DNA from: a virus
IMG/VR virus record: IMGVR_UViG_3300025141_012665
Location: 10,647 to 74,646 of that record
Strand: one strand, 5' to 3'
DNA: 64,000 nucleotides
Made by a program: the position numbers and the translations under genes. The notes under the pieces are model-generated. The model did no database searches. It was not told the origin of the DNA and saw only the letters and a list, made by a program, of their open reading frames with translations. Shown here piece after piece: positions 39,272-48,896 of this stretch. The first letter of the stretch is position 1. Each line of letters opens with the position of its first letter.

Positions 39272-39933
39272 CCTCCATCTATCTTAAATTCGGCGCCCGT
39301 GGCATACGAAGACTTGTCTGATATAAGATATTCAACTATTCCATTTATTTCTTCTGCTTTCATCATTCTTCCGATAGGAGTATAGAAGGAATATTTATCT
39401 TTAAATTCTGACGATTGGTTGTGTCCTACTCCGCCTGGCACTATGGTATTTACTCTAATATTTGGCGCCAGATGGGTTGCCAAGTGTTTTGAAAGCATCA
39501 ATACGCCGGCTTTTGATACGCTATATCCTATATGTTTTTCACCATTATAAATATTCTTGTTGGGCGACACAATACCATATGTAGAAGAAAAGTTAACTAT
39601 ACTGCCGCCTTTCGTATTGTATCTCGCAAACTCTCTACAAACAGAAAAGAGAGAAACTAAATTAACTTTCATATATAATTCAAAAGATTCTAGGCTTATA
39701 TCCATTAGCGTTGCTTCAGAATTTCCACCTTCTATGTGATGATTCAATGCAAACAAGTTAATCAGTGCATCCGCAGGATTATATCTAAAAAATTCCCCAA
39801 CAAACTCCTCGTTCGTCAAATCGTGGCCCAATTGTAAATCACAGCGAATAATTTCATTCCCAGCCGACTCCAAGTATCTTGCAATCTCTGTACCTATTAA
39901 TCCCTCTGAGCCTGTGATGATTATCTTTTTCAT
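39256..39933 (-). CDS. Classical SDR oxidoreductase (PtmA-like)
   Basis: ITGSEGLIG, NFSSTYG, YSVSK (YxxxK), IRVNTIVPGG, IDGGW. Confidence 0.9.
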   Translation of the reverse strand: MKKIIITGSEGLIGTEIARYLESAGNEIIRCDLQLGHDLTNEEFVGEFFRYNPADALINLFALNHHIEGGNSEATLMDISLESFELYMKVNLVSLFSVCREFARYNTKGGSIVNFSSTYGIVSPNKNIYNGEKHIGYSVSKAGVLMLSKHLATHLAPNIRVNTIVPGGVGHNQSSEFKDKYSFYTPIGRMMKAEEINGIVEYLISDKSSYATGAEFKIDGGWTSW

Positions 39934-41156
39934 GGTGTCGTCTTGTTTTTGAAATTTAATATTGTCTTTCGCAGAGCCTCTGCTTTGACCTTTGCCAAGC
40001 TCAGGTCGCGATAGTTATTCTTAAACTGCATTATCTTTGATTGAACTTCTTCGGCGATTGGGCATATGCCCTTCTCATATCTGATTTTTTCATAGATGCT
40101 CGGATTAACCTTTACAAAATTTCTTTCAGACATAACGGGCTCAAGGTATGGAACGCTCCATGCTGCATAAATTCCATCTCCACCGTTCTTTATATATTCT
40201 TTTCGAAACTCTTGCCAGCTAACTCCTATTGACTTTTCTCCTTCGTACTTTACAGCAAAAGTCCAACAAGAATTAGTTCTATCGTCTCCGGTTTTCTGAG
40301 GTCTCAGATAATCACATCCTGTTTCCGTTATAACATTCGAGAACAACTTCGAGGCTTTAACTCGAAGCTGTATCAGGTTTTCAAGATTTTCAAGTTGCGC
40401 GGAGGCAATGGCAGCGCTGAATTCTGACATCCTATAATTCCAGCCGATCTCGTCATGTCTCTTATATTCAGGATCCTGAAAGTCATCAAGATTAAGTTTT
40501 GTTCTGCCTGTGGTGGCGGTTGAATTTTTAAATCCATGATTGCTTATTTTTCTTGCAATTGCCGCGTAATGCTCATTGTTTGTAGTAATGGCGCCGCCTT
40601 CACCGCAAGACATATGTTTAGAATTTTCAAAACTATAGCTTGCCAGCGCGCCGAATGTCCCGACTAGTCTTCCCCTATATTCACTCATGAAACATTCGGC
40701 ATTGTCTTCGATTACAGGAATATTATGCTCATTTGCTATTTCCATAATTTCGTCCATATCACACGGCAAACCATATAGGGGCACCACTATGATTGCCTTT
40801 GTCTTGGAAGTTATTTTTCTTTTCAAATCTGCCGGATCAATATTAAATGTCTCTGGATCTATGTCAGCATATACAGGTATGGCGCCTGCATGTATTGTAG
40901 CGCTCGTGTCCATTATTACAGTAAGTGCGGGGGATATAACCTCATCTCCGGGCTTCACCCCGACTGCTACCAATGCCGCATGCAGAGTTGATGTTCCGGA
41001 ATTCATAGTAACTGCATACTCTGATCTAAACTTTTTACAAATTGATTCCTCTAGAAGCTGATTCCAGGTACCAGAAGTAGAAGACCAGTGCTCAGACTCT
41101 AGTACTTTCTTTAAATATTCAAGCTCGTTTCCAAAGTATTTGGGGGGATTTTTCAT
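39930..41156 (-). CDS. DegT/DnrJ/EryC1/StrS PLP-dependent sugar aminotransferase
   Basis: NSGTSTLH, GDEVI, IEDNAE, SFENSKHMSCGEGG (Schiff-base Lys), GWNYRMSE. Start re-called at ATG 41156 (ATGA overlap, RBS AAGGAG). Confidence 0.93.
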   Translation of the reverse strand: MKNPPKYFGNELEYLKKVLESEHWSSTSGTWNQLLEESICKKFRSEYAVTMNSGTSTLHAALVAVGVKPGDEVISPALTVIMDTSATIHAGAIPVYADIDPETFNIDPADLKRKITSKTKAIIVVPLYGLPCDMDEIMEIANEHNIPVIEDNAECFMSEYRGRLVGTFGALASYSFENSKHMSCGEGGAITTNNEHYAAIARKISNHGFKNSTATTGRTKLNLDDFQDPEYKRHDEIGWNYRMSEFSAAIASAQLENLENLIQLRVKASKLFSNVITETGCDYLRPQKTGDDRTNSCWTFAVKYEGEKSIGVSWQEFRKEYIKNGGDGIYAAWSVPYLEPVMSERNFVKVNPSIYEKIRYEKGICPIAEEVQSKIMQFKNNYRDLSLAKVKAEALRKTILNFKNKTTP

Positions 41157-41896
41157 GCCGACTCCTTTTCGAAATACAAAAAGCCCCAAGGAAGATGCAA
41201 CACATCCGTAAACATCAGTCTCTTGTTAGAGTCGCTTTGTATTGTGTATGTGCCCCTACCATCATGAACATTGGAGAGATCAATATCAATTTCAAATTTT
41301 CTCTTAAACTTTATATGAAATCCATACCGGGATGCAATATGTTCCATTTTCTTGATCGAGTGTATATTATACGGATATGCCTTATTGTAGCGTTCATCTC
41401 GAATTGTTATGTCATATTCAAGCGCCCTATTGGTAAAAAGAGAAAACATAAAGACCCCCTTCTTTGCGTTTTGAAAACACTTCTCACAAAAACTTTCGCC
41501 TTTATCAAAATCTAAAAAAGAAAGCACCTGTGTTGAGCCGACTATATCATATTTTTCATTAAGATCTAAAACATTTAAATGTTTAAATGTCGTATTTTTT
41601 ACTTCAAAATGACTATGTGCTTTTCTTGCTTCCTCTAAGTAATGCTTATTTATATCAATGCCCACAAAACTGAAAGATGGATACTGATTGGCCAAGTACA
41701 TAAGGTTGGCGCCGGCGGAGCACCCTACATCAAGGACACTTAAGCTTAGATTTTTTTCATCACCCAAAGATTCATCCAAACAATCAATAATAAATTTAGT
41801 GCTTCGATACATTTCATTATATTGGCGAGCATTGTAGAGATCCATCCCCTTGCATTGGGATCCCCACACAGCATTTGAGCCTCTAATCATGTCCAT
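41153..41896 (-). CDS. Class I SAM-dependent methyltransferase
   Basis: VLDVGCSAG, GIDIN, KYDIV. Confidence 0.85.
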   Translation of the reverse strand: MDMIRGSNAVWGSQCKGMDLYNARQYNEMYRSTKFIIDCLDESLGDEKNLSLSVLDVGCSAGANLMYLANQYPSFSFVGIDINKHYLEEARKAHSHFEVKNTTFKHLNVLDLNEKYDIVGSTQVLSFLDFDKGESFCEKCFQNAKKGVFMFSLFTNRALEYDITIRDERYNKAYPYNIHSIKKMEHIASRYGFHIKFKRKFEIDIDLSNVHDGRGTYTIQSDSNKRLMFTDVLHLPWGFLYFEKESA

Positions 41897-42656
41897 TTTT
41901 CGCCTCTTTAAGTTTAAGCTCGGTTTTGGAAATTTGATTATTTTTCCACCTTTCTTCTAGATAAAAATTAATATTAACCAATTCTTTGTTTTTGTCTAAG
42001 AATGTCAATATGTCTCGTGTATCAAATGCAGGGAGATCTATTTGTTCGACAACCTTTGAGAAGAAGTTAAAATCATCTTTATAGTCTAGTGTCATACGAA
42101 TATCACTTCTCCGATAGGCGGCAGGAATATTTTTAAGCAAAGAAAGCTCAAACAACCCGGTCTCTGTAAAATATACATACATCATTTCGGTGTCGTTGGT
42201 ATCTTTTATTTCGCACACCTTTCTTAGTGCAGTGGTTTTTATACCATATGTAAATGAACCACACACCACTTCATTACTGTGTATGAAATCGCATTGTTCA
42301 TCATCAAACTGCTTAAACGCCACATCCATTAATTCATGGGAACAAAACAGATCATCGCCATCAGCAGTTACAAAAAACTCTATATTATAACGATCACATG
42401 TGTCGAGCCAGCGCTGTAGCTTGTCTTCTTCGCTTCCCCTAAAAAAAGCAATATTATTATTTGTTGCTATTTCGCACAACATATCATCCTCTGTCAATTT
42501 AGTCGTGCATAAAATGATCATATCGGCTAAATTAGATTTTTTGGCTTGATCGATAACATACTCAATGGTGTGCTTTCCTTTAATCTTTTTATAGGACTTA
42601 TTGGGCAACCTAGAAGAGTTGCTTCTAACTGTTATTAAAATTGCTTTTTTGCCCAC
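41883..42656 (-). CDS. Cytidylyltransferase, CTP_transf_3 (SpsF/NeuA/KdsB) family; probable CMP-nonulosonate synthetase
   Basis: ITVRSNSSRLPNKS, FRGSEEDKLQRW, ADGDD, RMTLDYKDDF. Confidence 0.88.
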   Translation of the reverse strand: MGKKAILITVRSNSSRLPNKSYKKIKGKHTIEYVIDQAKKSNLADMIILCTTKLTEDDMLCEIATNNNIAFFRGSEEDKLQRWLDTCDRYNIEFFVTADGDDLFCSHELMDVAFKQFDDEQCDFIHSNEVVCGSFTYGIKTTALRKVCEIKDTNDTEMMYVYFTETGLFELSLLKNIPAAYRRSDIRMTLDYKDDFNFFSKVVEQIDLPAFDTRDILTFLDKNKELVNINFYLEERWKNNQISKTELKLKEAKNGHD

Positions 42657-42680
42657 TTGAACTCACTTTGAATATTAATT

Positions 42681-42709
42681 ATTATAACCTATTTTGCATC
42701 AACTGTCAA
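42681..42709 (-). promoter_or_regulatory. Perfect sigma70 consensus promoter TTGACA-17-TATAAT
   Basis: Minus strand TTGACA gttgatgcaaaataggt TATAAT, 25 nt upstream of the cytidylyltransferase GTG. Confidence 0.85.
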
Positions 42710-43552
42710 ATTATAAGGCAGATTATTCTTCTTAAAAGATAGATTATGTACCCGCACCCCTCGCGAGGAAGCAAGGGTGCACAAGTATTTTAAGTCTCCC
42801 AAAATCTGGACTCTTTCTCGTGGATCATCTAAAGCGTCCATCGGTTTAAACTTCCCATCAATCCTTCCTTCACCCATAGTGGCTTCACCCACCATGAAGC
42901 GTTCATCATTATATCCAGCATGGGTCATGCCCGTAGCCTGTAGCGACTTATTGTATGACAAATCAAAACCAGTAACGCTAATGGGGTTACACCCCAGCCA
43001 CAAAGCAAAGGCAATCATATGATTTGTTACAGTATTGCAACGAGAATAAGTCTTTCGCAATCCATGGTCTTGTGCTAATAAATTTTGAAATATCTGGTGT
43101 TCCCAGAGCCATGGATAGACCATGTTCATCTTTTCGTCTTCCCTTGCAATCTCTAAAAGATCTGAGAACTCGTGCAGTCTTGGTATCGTAACAAATGTTC
43201 TTATGTTTTTTTCCAGACATATCTTAAATGGCTCTTTGAGATCTTTAATATTGTTTGCTGCGCACCAGAAGTCTGGCTTAAAATCATCAAAGAAATTAAT
43301 TTTATGAAACCAATTACATGTAATTTTTAAATGTGATTTATATTTTTCTTTATCAATATCTAAAAGGCTCGGGCCATGGCCCATTACCAAAGCCGGCTTG
43401 TTCAAGAAGCTGTCTTTTAGGTCACAAATCTTATCGAATCCCTCAAGCAAGTCCTTCTTAAAATTTTTCTTATCTTCGTCTCCCAGTATCTGCGCATTAG
43501 GCAGCCTAGTTGAATTATAGTTAGTGGCTGTATATTCTCTCAAATCTATCAT
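42689..43552 (-). CDS. Maf/DUF115 (MptE-like, GT42/Cst-like fold) putative nonulosonate transferase
   Basis: ALVMGHGPSL, ITCNWF, PDFWCAAN, TVTNHMIAFALWLGCNPISVTGFD. Start re-called at ATG 43552, after the rmlB stop. Confidence 0.75.
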   Translation of the reverse strand: MIDLREYTATNYNSTRLPNAQILGDEDKKNFKKDLLEGFDKICDLKDSFLNKPALVMGHGPSLLDIDKEKYKSHLKITCNWFHKINFFDDFKPDFWCAANNIKDLKEPFKICLEKNIRTFVTIPRLHEFSDLLEIAREDEKMNMVYPWLWEHQIFQNLLAQDHGLRKTYSRCNTVTNHMIAFALWLGCNPISVTGFDLSYNKSLQATGMTHAGYNDERFMVGEATMGEGRIDGKFKPMDALDDPRERVQILGDLKYLCTLASSRGVRVHNLSFKKNNLPYNLTVDAK

Positions 43553-43556
43553 ATTT

Positions 43557-44507
43557 TCACCAAATAAAGTTTTGTTTGTAGTGTTTAACGATGTTGACAA
43601 TTTCTTCATTAAACTTCTTTTTAGGCTCCCAACCTAGGCTCCGGAGCTTTCTATCGTTTAGTGCGTATCGGACATCTTGCCCTTCGCGGTAGGCATTAAA
43701 ATCAACATATTGCTCCCAGTTGTCGTCTGTTCCAAAATATGCCTTAATAATCTTCCTCACGGTTTCAGAATTCGGCTGCTCAAAGCCGCCGGCAACATTA
43801 TAGATTTCATTAACATTACCAGACTCAATAACAGTCAAAACCGCTTCGGCTGTATCGTCTGCATGCAACCAATTGCGAATTGGCTTTCCTTCGTCATGAA
43901 GTTTAATCTTCTTTCCTCTAGTAAGGTTTTTCACGGCAAGTGGTATAAGTTTTTCTGGATATTGTCCTATTCCATAATTATTTGTTGGTCTTAACATAAT
44001 ATATTCAACACCATAAGTTCGTGACCATGCATTGATCAGCATATCGCCGGCCGCTTTTGCTGCGGAATATGGGTTACTTGGCTTCAAGACATCGGCCTCT
44101 GAGTGTGCTCCAATCTCGATATCGCCATAAACCTCGTCGGTACTAATATGAATCAAAATTGGTTTATCATTAATGTTGGTAGGCTTATGCCTTATTAAAT
44201 CCAGAAGGTTTTTTACACCCAGTATGTTGCTGTTGATGAAGTCGCCGCTGTTTATTATACTATTCCCAACATGAGATTCTGCCGCGAAATTAACAATGTA
44301 ATCGCAGTCATATAAGTGTTCAATGTCTTTAATATCTATCTTTTTAAAACAAAAATTTGGATAGGCCTGAAACTCTTCTAACAAGGAAATGTCTGCTGCA
44401 TATGTACACTTATCTACGCCATAAACTTTCCAACCTCGCTCCAAGCATTTTCTCGTAAAATAAGAACCTATGAAGCCTAGGCATCCCGTAACATAAACCA
44501 ATTTCAT
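43557..44507 (-). CDS. rmlB: dTDP-glucose 4,6-dehydratase-like
   Basis: TGCLGFIG, DKCTYAA, NFAAESHV, HISTDEVYG, PSNPYSAAK, TNNYG..QYPEKLIP, DVRYA. Confidence 0.88.
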   Translation of the reverse strand: MKLVYVTGCLGFIGSYFTRKCLERGWKVYGVDKCTYAADISLLEEFQAYPNFCFKKIDIKDIEHLYDCDYIVNFAAESHVGNSIINSGDFINSNILGVKNLLDLIRHKPTNINDKPILIHISTDEVYGDIEIGAHSEADVLKPSNPYSAAKAAGDMLINAWSRTYGVEYIMLRPTNNYGIGQYPEKLIPLAVKNLTRGKKIKLHDEGKPIRNWLHADDTAEAVLTVIESGNVNEIYNVAGGFEQPNSETVRKIIKAYFGTDDNWEQYVDFNAYREGQDVRYALNDRKLRSLGWEPKKKFNEEIVNIVKHYKQNFIW

Positions 44508-45835
44508 TTATTTCTCCTAAAGAAATCGTCAACTACTTTTTTAACATAGTCAAGCTTCTCCTCTGTTAGGCCGGCAAAAGTACCTAGAAAGAAGGAATTC
44601 GAAGCCGATAAACTAGCTATTGGAAATGCCTTTTTTAGATCTCCATATTCCCCGGCCAAATGATGGTAAGCAGGGTGAGCAAGAATATTTCCTGAAAAAT
44701 AAGAACGAGTCTGGATTCGATTATTCTCCAAATGCGACACAATGTCCTGACGGGTAAAGTAAGCAGACTCTTTAATTGTAAGTAAATATGCAAACCAGCA
44801 CGGATCAGATTTTTCTGTTGGCTCCGGAAGGTGAAAGTGTTCCTTGTATGGTCTAAATATTTCTTGCAATATTTCAAAATTTCTTCGTCGGGCTGCATCC
44901 AGATCTGGAAGCTTGCATAATTGTTCTAACCCTATAGCCGCTTGTAATTCCAAAGGTTTAAGATTGTAGCCTATTTCATCGTAAACATAGCGGTGATCAT
45001 AAATTGCATCTGGCAAGCCCGGCAGCCAGTTTCTAAACCTATTTCCGCACGCAGTGGAAGACACTGTGCATGTTGTTTTTGCCGAATTGCAATAACATGC
45101 TCGGCCCCAATCACGAATGCTGGATATGGCTTTTCGAGCCGCAGGGTCATCAGTTGCAACAAACCCACCTTCTCCCATAGTCATGTGGTGTGCGGGATAA
45201 AAGGAGCATGTCGAGATGTGCCCAAATGATCCAAGCTTCTTTCCATCATAATAAGAGCCGAGTGCGTCACAAGAGTCCTCGATAAAGATAAGGTCATATT
45301 CTCGCACAATAGACATTAATCTTTCCATGTCTGGCGGGTTCCCAAAAACATGAGCAAACATAATTCCTCGAATACTTGGATCCTTTTTTAGCTCTTCTTC
45401 TACTTGGTCTAAATCTAAATTTAAATCTGGGAGCGTAACATCAACGAAGACAGGCTCGAATCCATTTTGAATAATTGGATTGAGGGTGGTGGGAAAACAC
45501 GACACGGGGGTGATTATTTTAGATCCCTCCGGAAAGTTAAATGCATTCTTAGATCGTAGAGAGGAGACAGCAAGAAGGTTAGCAGAACTTCCAGAATTTG
45601 TTAAAGAGCCGCGTTTCTTTCCAAGATAAGATGGAAATGCCTTCTCAAATTCGCGGGCTTTGTCGCCGAACACTAGCCAACTATCCAACAAGGATTCAAC
45701 TGCTGCACAATATTCGTTCTCGTCAAAGATATGTCCAGAGTATGAAACCCAGTCTTTGTCCGGATTCCAGGCAATATCATTCTTTTTTTTCGCATATTGC
45801 TTCACTAGCTTCAAAATATCTTGTAGCTCACTCAT
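44504..45835 (-). CDS. rfbH: NDP-4-keto-6-deoxyglucose 3-dehydrase (E1; RfbH/DdhC family)
   Basis: TNSGSSANLLA, FPTTLNP, EDSCDALG, SFYPAHHMTMGEGG (His in place of the aminotransferase Lys), RDWGRACYC...C Fe-S ligands, YDHRY.Y..IGYNLK. Confidence 0.92.
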   Translation of the reverse strand: MSELQDILKLVKQYAKKKNDIAWNPDKDWVSYSGHIFDENEYCAAVESLLDSWLVFGDKAREFEKAFPSYLGKKRGSLTNSGSSANLLAVSSLRSKNAFNFPEGSKIITPVSCFPTTLNPIIQNGFEPVFVDVTLPDLNLDLDQVEEELKKDPSIRGIMFAHVFGNPPDMERLMSIVREYDLIFIEDSCDALGSYYDGKKLGSFGHISTCSFYPAHHMTMGEGGFVATDDPAARKAISSIRDWGRACYCNSAKTTCTVSSTACGNRFRNWLPGLPDAIYDHRYVYDEIGYNLKPLELQAAIGLEQLCKLPDLDAARRRNFEILQEIFRPYKEHFHLPEPTEKSDPCWFAYLLTIKESAYFTRQDIVSHLENNRIQTRSYFSGNILAHPAYHHLAGEYGDLKKAFPIASLSASNSFFLGTFAGLTEEKLDYVKKVVDDFFRRNK

Positions 45836-46778
45836 CTTTTAAATAATCCCACTCGTAGCTGTTTCTGTGTGCTGACCATGGTATATTGGTGTCCTTATAC
45901 TTTTCTAGAATCTCTTCTCTTTTTTCCGGTATCACATAATCAGAATGCGCGTGAAATCCCCATTTTTCATGAAATAATTTATGCGCTTCTTCCGAAAATC
46001 TTAATTCAAGGCGCCGGCGAAAAGTATTCTTTGGATTCGGATGTGTCAAAATCACCGAAGGAACCCAAATATTTATAAGATTATTTTTAAGGGATTCTAG
46101 TGCCCAATCTTCGTCGATGAGCATGGTATATGGCCCAAAATACGCACATTGGCCAATTTTCTTCATTGCTTCGGAGCTTACTACCATAAAATCCCATGGG
46201 CCATGGCACCTAACAGCGCGATCTGGAAAGTCCATTAGGTGTTTATTTTCGTTCGTTAATCGAGCGCCTTTGCTAAAATTGTGGCATTCATACACAAAGG
46301 GAAAATTTTTCATGTCGGAATGGAAGCCATTTCCAAAAGAATTTGGCATAGGGCCCTTGGGTAAGTTATAATAATTATTATTGGTGTACACTATCCAGCC
46401 AACTTCTTCTTCGCGACCCTCTATCTCCTCTAGTGTCTTACCAAAAAAATTAGGAGTGTGCATTATGATATCATCATGAGAAATGAGAACATACTTTGTT
46501 GTATCCCTATACCTTTCAAAAAACTCGTTGTAATCAGTTGCCCACGAATCTTTAGTGTATACCACTTCCAGCAACGAGCCATCCTTAATAAATTGCTTTA
46601 AATTTTGATCGCTAAATATTTGCTTTACAAAGGTCTCGATCTTTGGATCGTCAACAACAATGTAAAACTTATAATCAAAATCTCCTATATTTTTTGCAAT
46701 TGAATAAATTGTTTCAATTAGATTTGTCTTAAAAACATTAGGGCCGGCCGAGGCGATAAATACAGTGAGATCAGTCAT
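45828..46778 (-). CDS. Putative GT-A (GT2-like) glycosyltransferase
   Basis: ISHDDII (DxD-like), IDEDWAL, and H...F.EKW C-terminus; location in the island. Confidence 0.6.
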   Translation of the reverse strand: MTDLTVFIASAGPNVFKTNLIETIYSIAKNIGDFDYKFYIVVDDPKIETFVKQIFSDQNLKQFIKDGSLLEVVYTKDSWATDYNEFFERYRDTTKYVLISHDDIIMHTPNFFGKTLEEIEGREEEVGWIVYTNNNYYNLPKGPMPNSFGNGFHSDMKNFPFVYECHNFSKGARLTNENKHLMDFPDRAVRCHGPWDFMVVSSEAMKKIGQCAYFGPYTMLIDEDWALESLKNNLINIWVPSVILTHPNPKNTFRRRLELRFSEEAHKLFHEKWGFHAHSDYVIPEKREEILEKYKDTNIPWSAHRNSYEWDYLKDE

Positions 46779-47760
46779 CCACTCCCTCTTTGTTCAGCTT
46801 TAGCATCCAACTATCGATCATGTCGTCCATTAAAGTTTCGAAGGTAAACTCAGGCTGCCATCCAAGAACTTCGCGGGTTCTGGTAGAATCTCCTTTCAAA
46901 TATTTCAACTCTTCGGGCCTCATATATATCGGGTTCTGTGTTACATGATTTCTATAGTCCATACCCAGTTTTTCAAAAACATATTTACATAAATCTCGTA
47001 CCGAGTTGGTTTCCCCTGTGGCTACTATCCACTCATCAGGGGTTTTATGGTTTATAATCATATGCATTGCTTTAACATAATCCCTGGAGTGTCCCCAGTC
47101 CCTATAGGAATCTAAATTTCCCAATTCAAGCTTGTCTCGTATGCCCATCTTGATTTCAACTGCGGCTTTCACTACTTTGTTGGTTACAAAATTTGTGCCG
47201 CGGCGAGGTGATTCATGATTAAATAAAACACCATTGCAAGCATGTAAACTGTAGGCATGCCTGTAGTGTCTTACTAGATTGAAAGCCAAAAGTTTAGCAC
47301 ACCCATATGGGCTAACTGGCTTCATGGGCGTCGACAGTCGCTGGGCGCCGTCGTCGTCTACTGAGTTCCCGAACATTTCTGAGGAACTGGCTTGGTAGAA
47401 TTTGGCTTTCGGCGCGAACAACCTATAAGCCTCAAGAAGATTCAACACCGCCATGCCATTTGTCTGAATAGTGAACGCCGGCATATCGAAACTGATCCGG
47501 ACATGGCTCATGGCGGCTAGATTATATATTTCATCTGGCTGTACATCTAGCATAATTTTAGTCAATGAGGTATTGTCCAGCATATCACCATAGTATGTGT
47601 GAATTTTATCACCTAAGTGAGCTATTCTACTGTCTTGGTTCTCTGCTACAGAGGACCTTCGTATGATCCCGTGAACTTCATATCCCTGCTCTAGCAAATA
47701 TTCCGCCAAATAACTTCCATCTTGTCCGCTAATGCCGCTAATTAATGCTCTCTTTTTCAT
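46771..47760 (-). CDS. gmd: GDP-mannose 4,6-dehydratase, second paralog
   Basis: [55 protein letters not shown]. Confidence 0.95.
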   Translation of the reverse strand: MKKRALISGISGQDGSYLAEYLLEQGYEVHGIIRRSSVAENQDSRIAHLGDKIHTYYGDMLDNTSLTKIMLDVQPDEIYNLAAMSHVRISFDMPAFTIQTNGMAVLNLLEAYRLFAPKAKFYQASSSEMFGNSVDDDGAQRLSTPMKPVSPYGCAKLLAFNLVRHYRHAYSLHACNGVLFNHESPRRGTNFVTNKVVKAAVEIKMGIRDKLELGNLDSYRDWGHSRDYVKAMHMIINHKTPDEWIVATGETNSVRDLCKYVFEKLGMDYRNHVTQNPIYMRPEELKYLKGDSTRTREVLGWQPEFTFETLMDDMIDSWMLKLNKEGVDD

Positions 47761-48347
47761 TTAAAAATCTCCATCTGTGTTAAATCTGGCCAATCTGATA
47801 TCACCCACTGCCTGGGGCTATTCTCGATTGCATCTCCAAGCTTTTGAAGGCCAAGCTGGGCTATCTCTGGCGTCATATAATAATGATACCCTATTGTATC
47901 GATATTTTGTCCTCTCCACGGCGCATCAGGCCGGCGACCATCATAGGACATTTTTTTTAAAAGCATTGCAGCCTCTTTGTTATCGGTAAGAATCATGCCG
48001 CCTCTGCCTAAGCTCAAATGCTTTCTGAATTGGAAACTCAAGCACATAAATGTGTCTGGTATATATGAATTCTTTCTCCACAATACCGCAGCATCTATAA
48101 TATTTGTGCCCCCCAAATAATAAAAATCGGTCCAATCCTCATTGCGCCATTCTAAATCAATATTTAATTTATGCGCTAAAAAGGGTACCGATATATATGT
48201 GCGTTTCGGGACGCTGTACCGCTCTACTTGTTGAAGTCGCAGACACAACTCAATAGCATGAGTGCAGCAATCCACAGCAACGGCATAGGGAGAGCCAAAA
48301 AAGCTAGCTACGCTGGCTTCAAACTTCTCTATTGCTTCAAAGCTCAT
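47757..48347 (-). CDS. Short DegT-family PLP-dependent aminotransferase-like protein (196 aa)
   Basis: YAVAVDCCTHAIEL, IIDAA, SFQFRKHLSLGRGGMILTD, GYHYYMTPE.A..GL. Confidence 0.8.
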   Translation of the reverse strand: MSFEAIEKFEASVASFFGSPYAVAVDCCTHAIELCLRLQQVERYSVPKRTYISVPFLAHKLNIDLEWRNEDWTDFYYLGGTNIIDAAVLWRKNSYIPDTFMCLSFQFRKHLSLGRGGMILTDNKEAAMLLKKMSYDGRRPDAPWRGQNIDTIGYHYYMTPEIAQLGLQKLGDAIENSPRQWVISDWPDLTQMEIFK

Positions 48348-48880
48348 TTAACACACTCTACATTCAAACTGATAAGTGTTCCTTTTTCTTTATCCATGTG
48401 AGGAATATAAGCCTGTGAATGATCATCACAATGTGCATGATCTGTTTTGCGCCAGTCATATAGCCTTATATCACGAAAACCACACTGCGTCAGCAGAGTA
48501 CTTAAGCTTTTATAGTCGTATGAGGTCTTGTGATATATTATTTTATCTTCCATCTTCATCTTCCCGTACAATGGACCTAGCAGGTTTTCCAGCTTTATAA
48601 TCTTTTCGGTATATAATCTGGCCATGGATTCGAAGTCCGGCACTGCTACCCTTAGCGTGCCTCCCTTTTTTAAGACTCTGCGCCACTCTTCTAACACTCC
48701 TGTTATTTCTGTTCGATCAAAATATTCTATTACATGAGAAGAATAAATTAAATCAACAGTGTTATCAGCAAAATCTAACGCGGTTATGGATTTGTAATCC
48801 AAATGGTCATAGTCTCCGCCATCGATATGAACCCACGAAGGGCCAAAATTTCTCCAGCCGCATGCCATATTTATTTTCAC
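48344..48880 (-). CDS. SAM-dependent methyltransferase (type 11-like)
   Basis: KINMACG, FADNTVDLIYSSHVIEYF, EWRRVLKKGG.LRVAVPD. Confidence 0.85.
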   Translation of the reverse strand: MKINMACGWRNFGPSWVHIDGGDYDHLDYKSITALDFADNTVDLIYSSHVIEYFDRTEITGVLEEWRRVLKKGGTLRVAVPDFESMARLYTEKIIKLENLLGPLYGKMKMEDKIIYHKTSYDYKSLSTLLTQCGFRDIRLYDWRKTDHAHCDDHSQAYIPHMDKEKGTLISLNVECVK

Positions 48881-48896
48881 AATCCATATCCCATTC

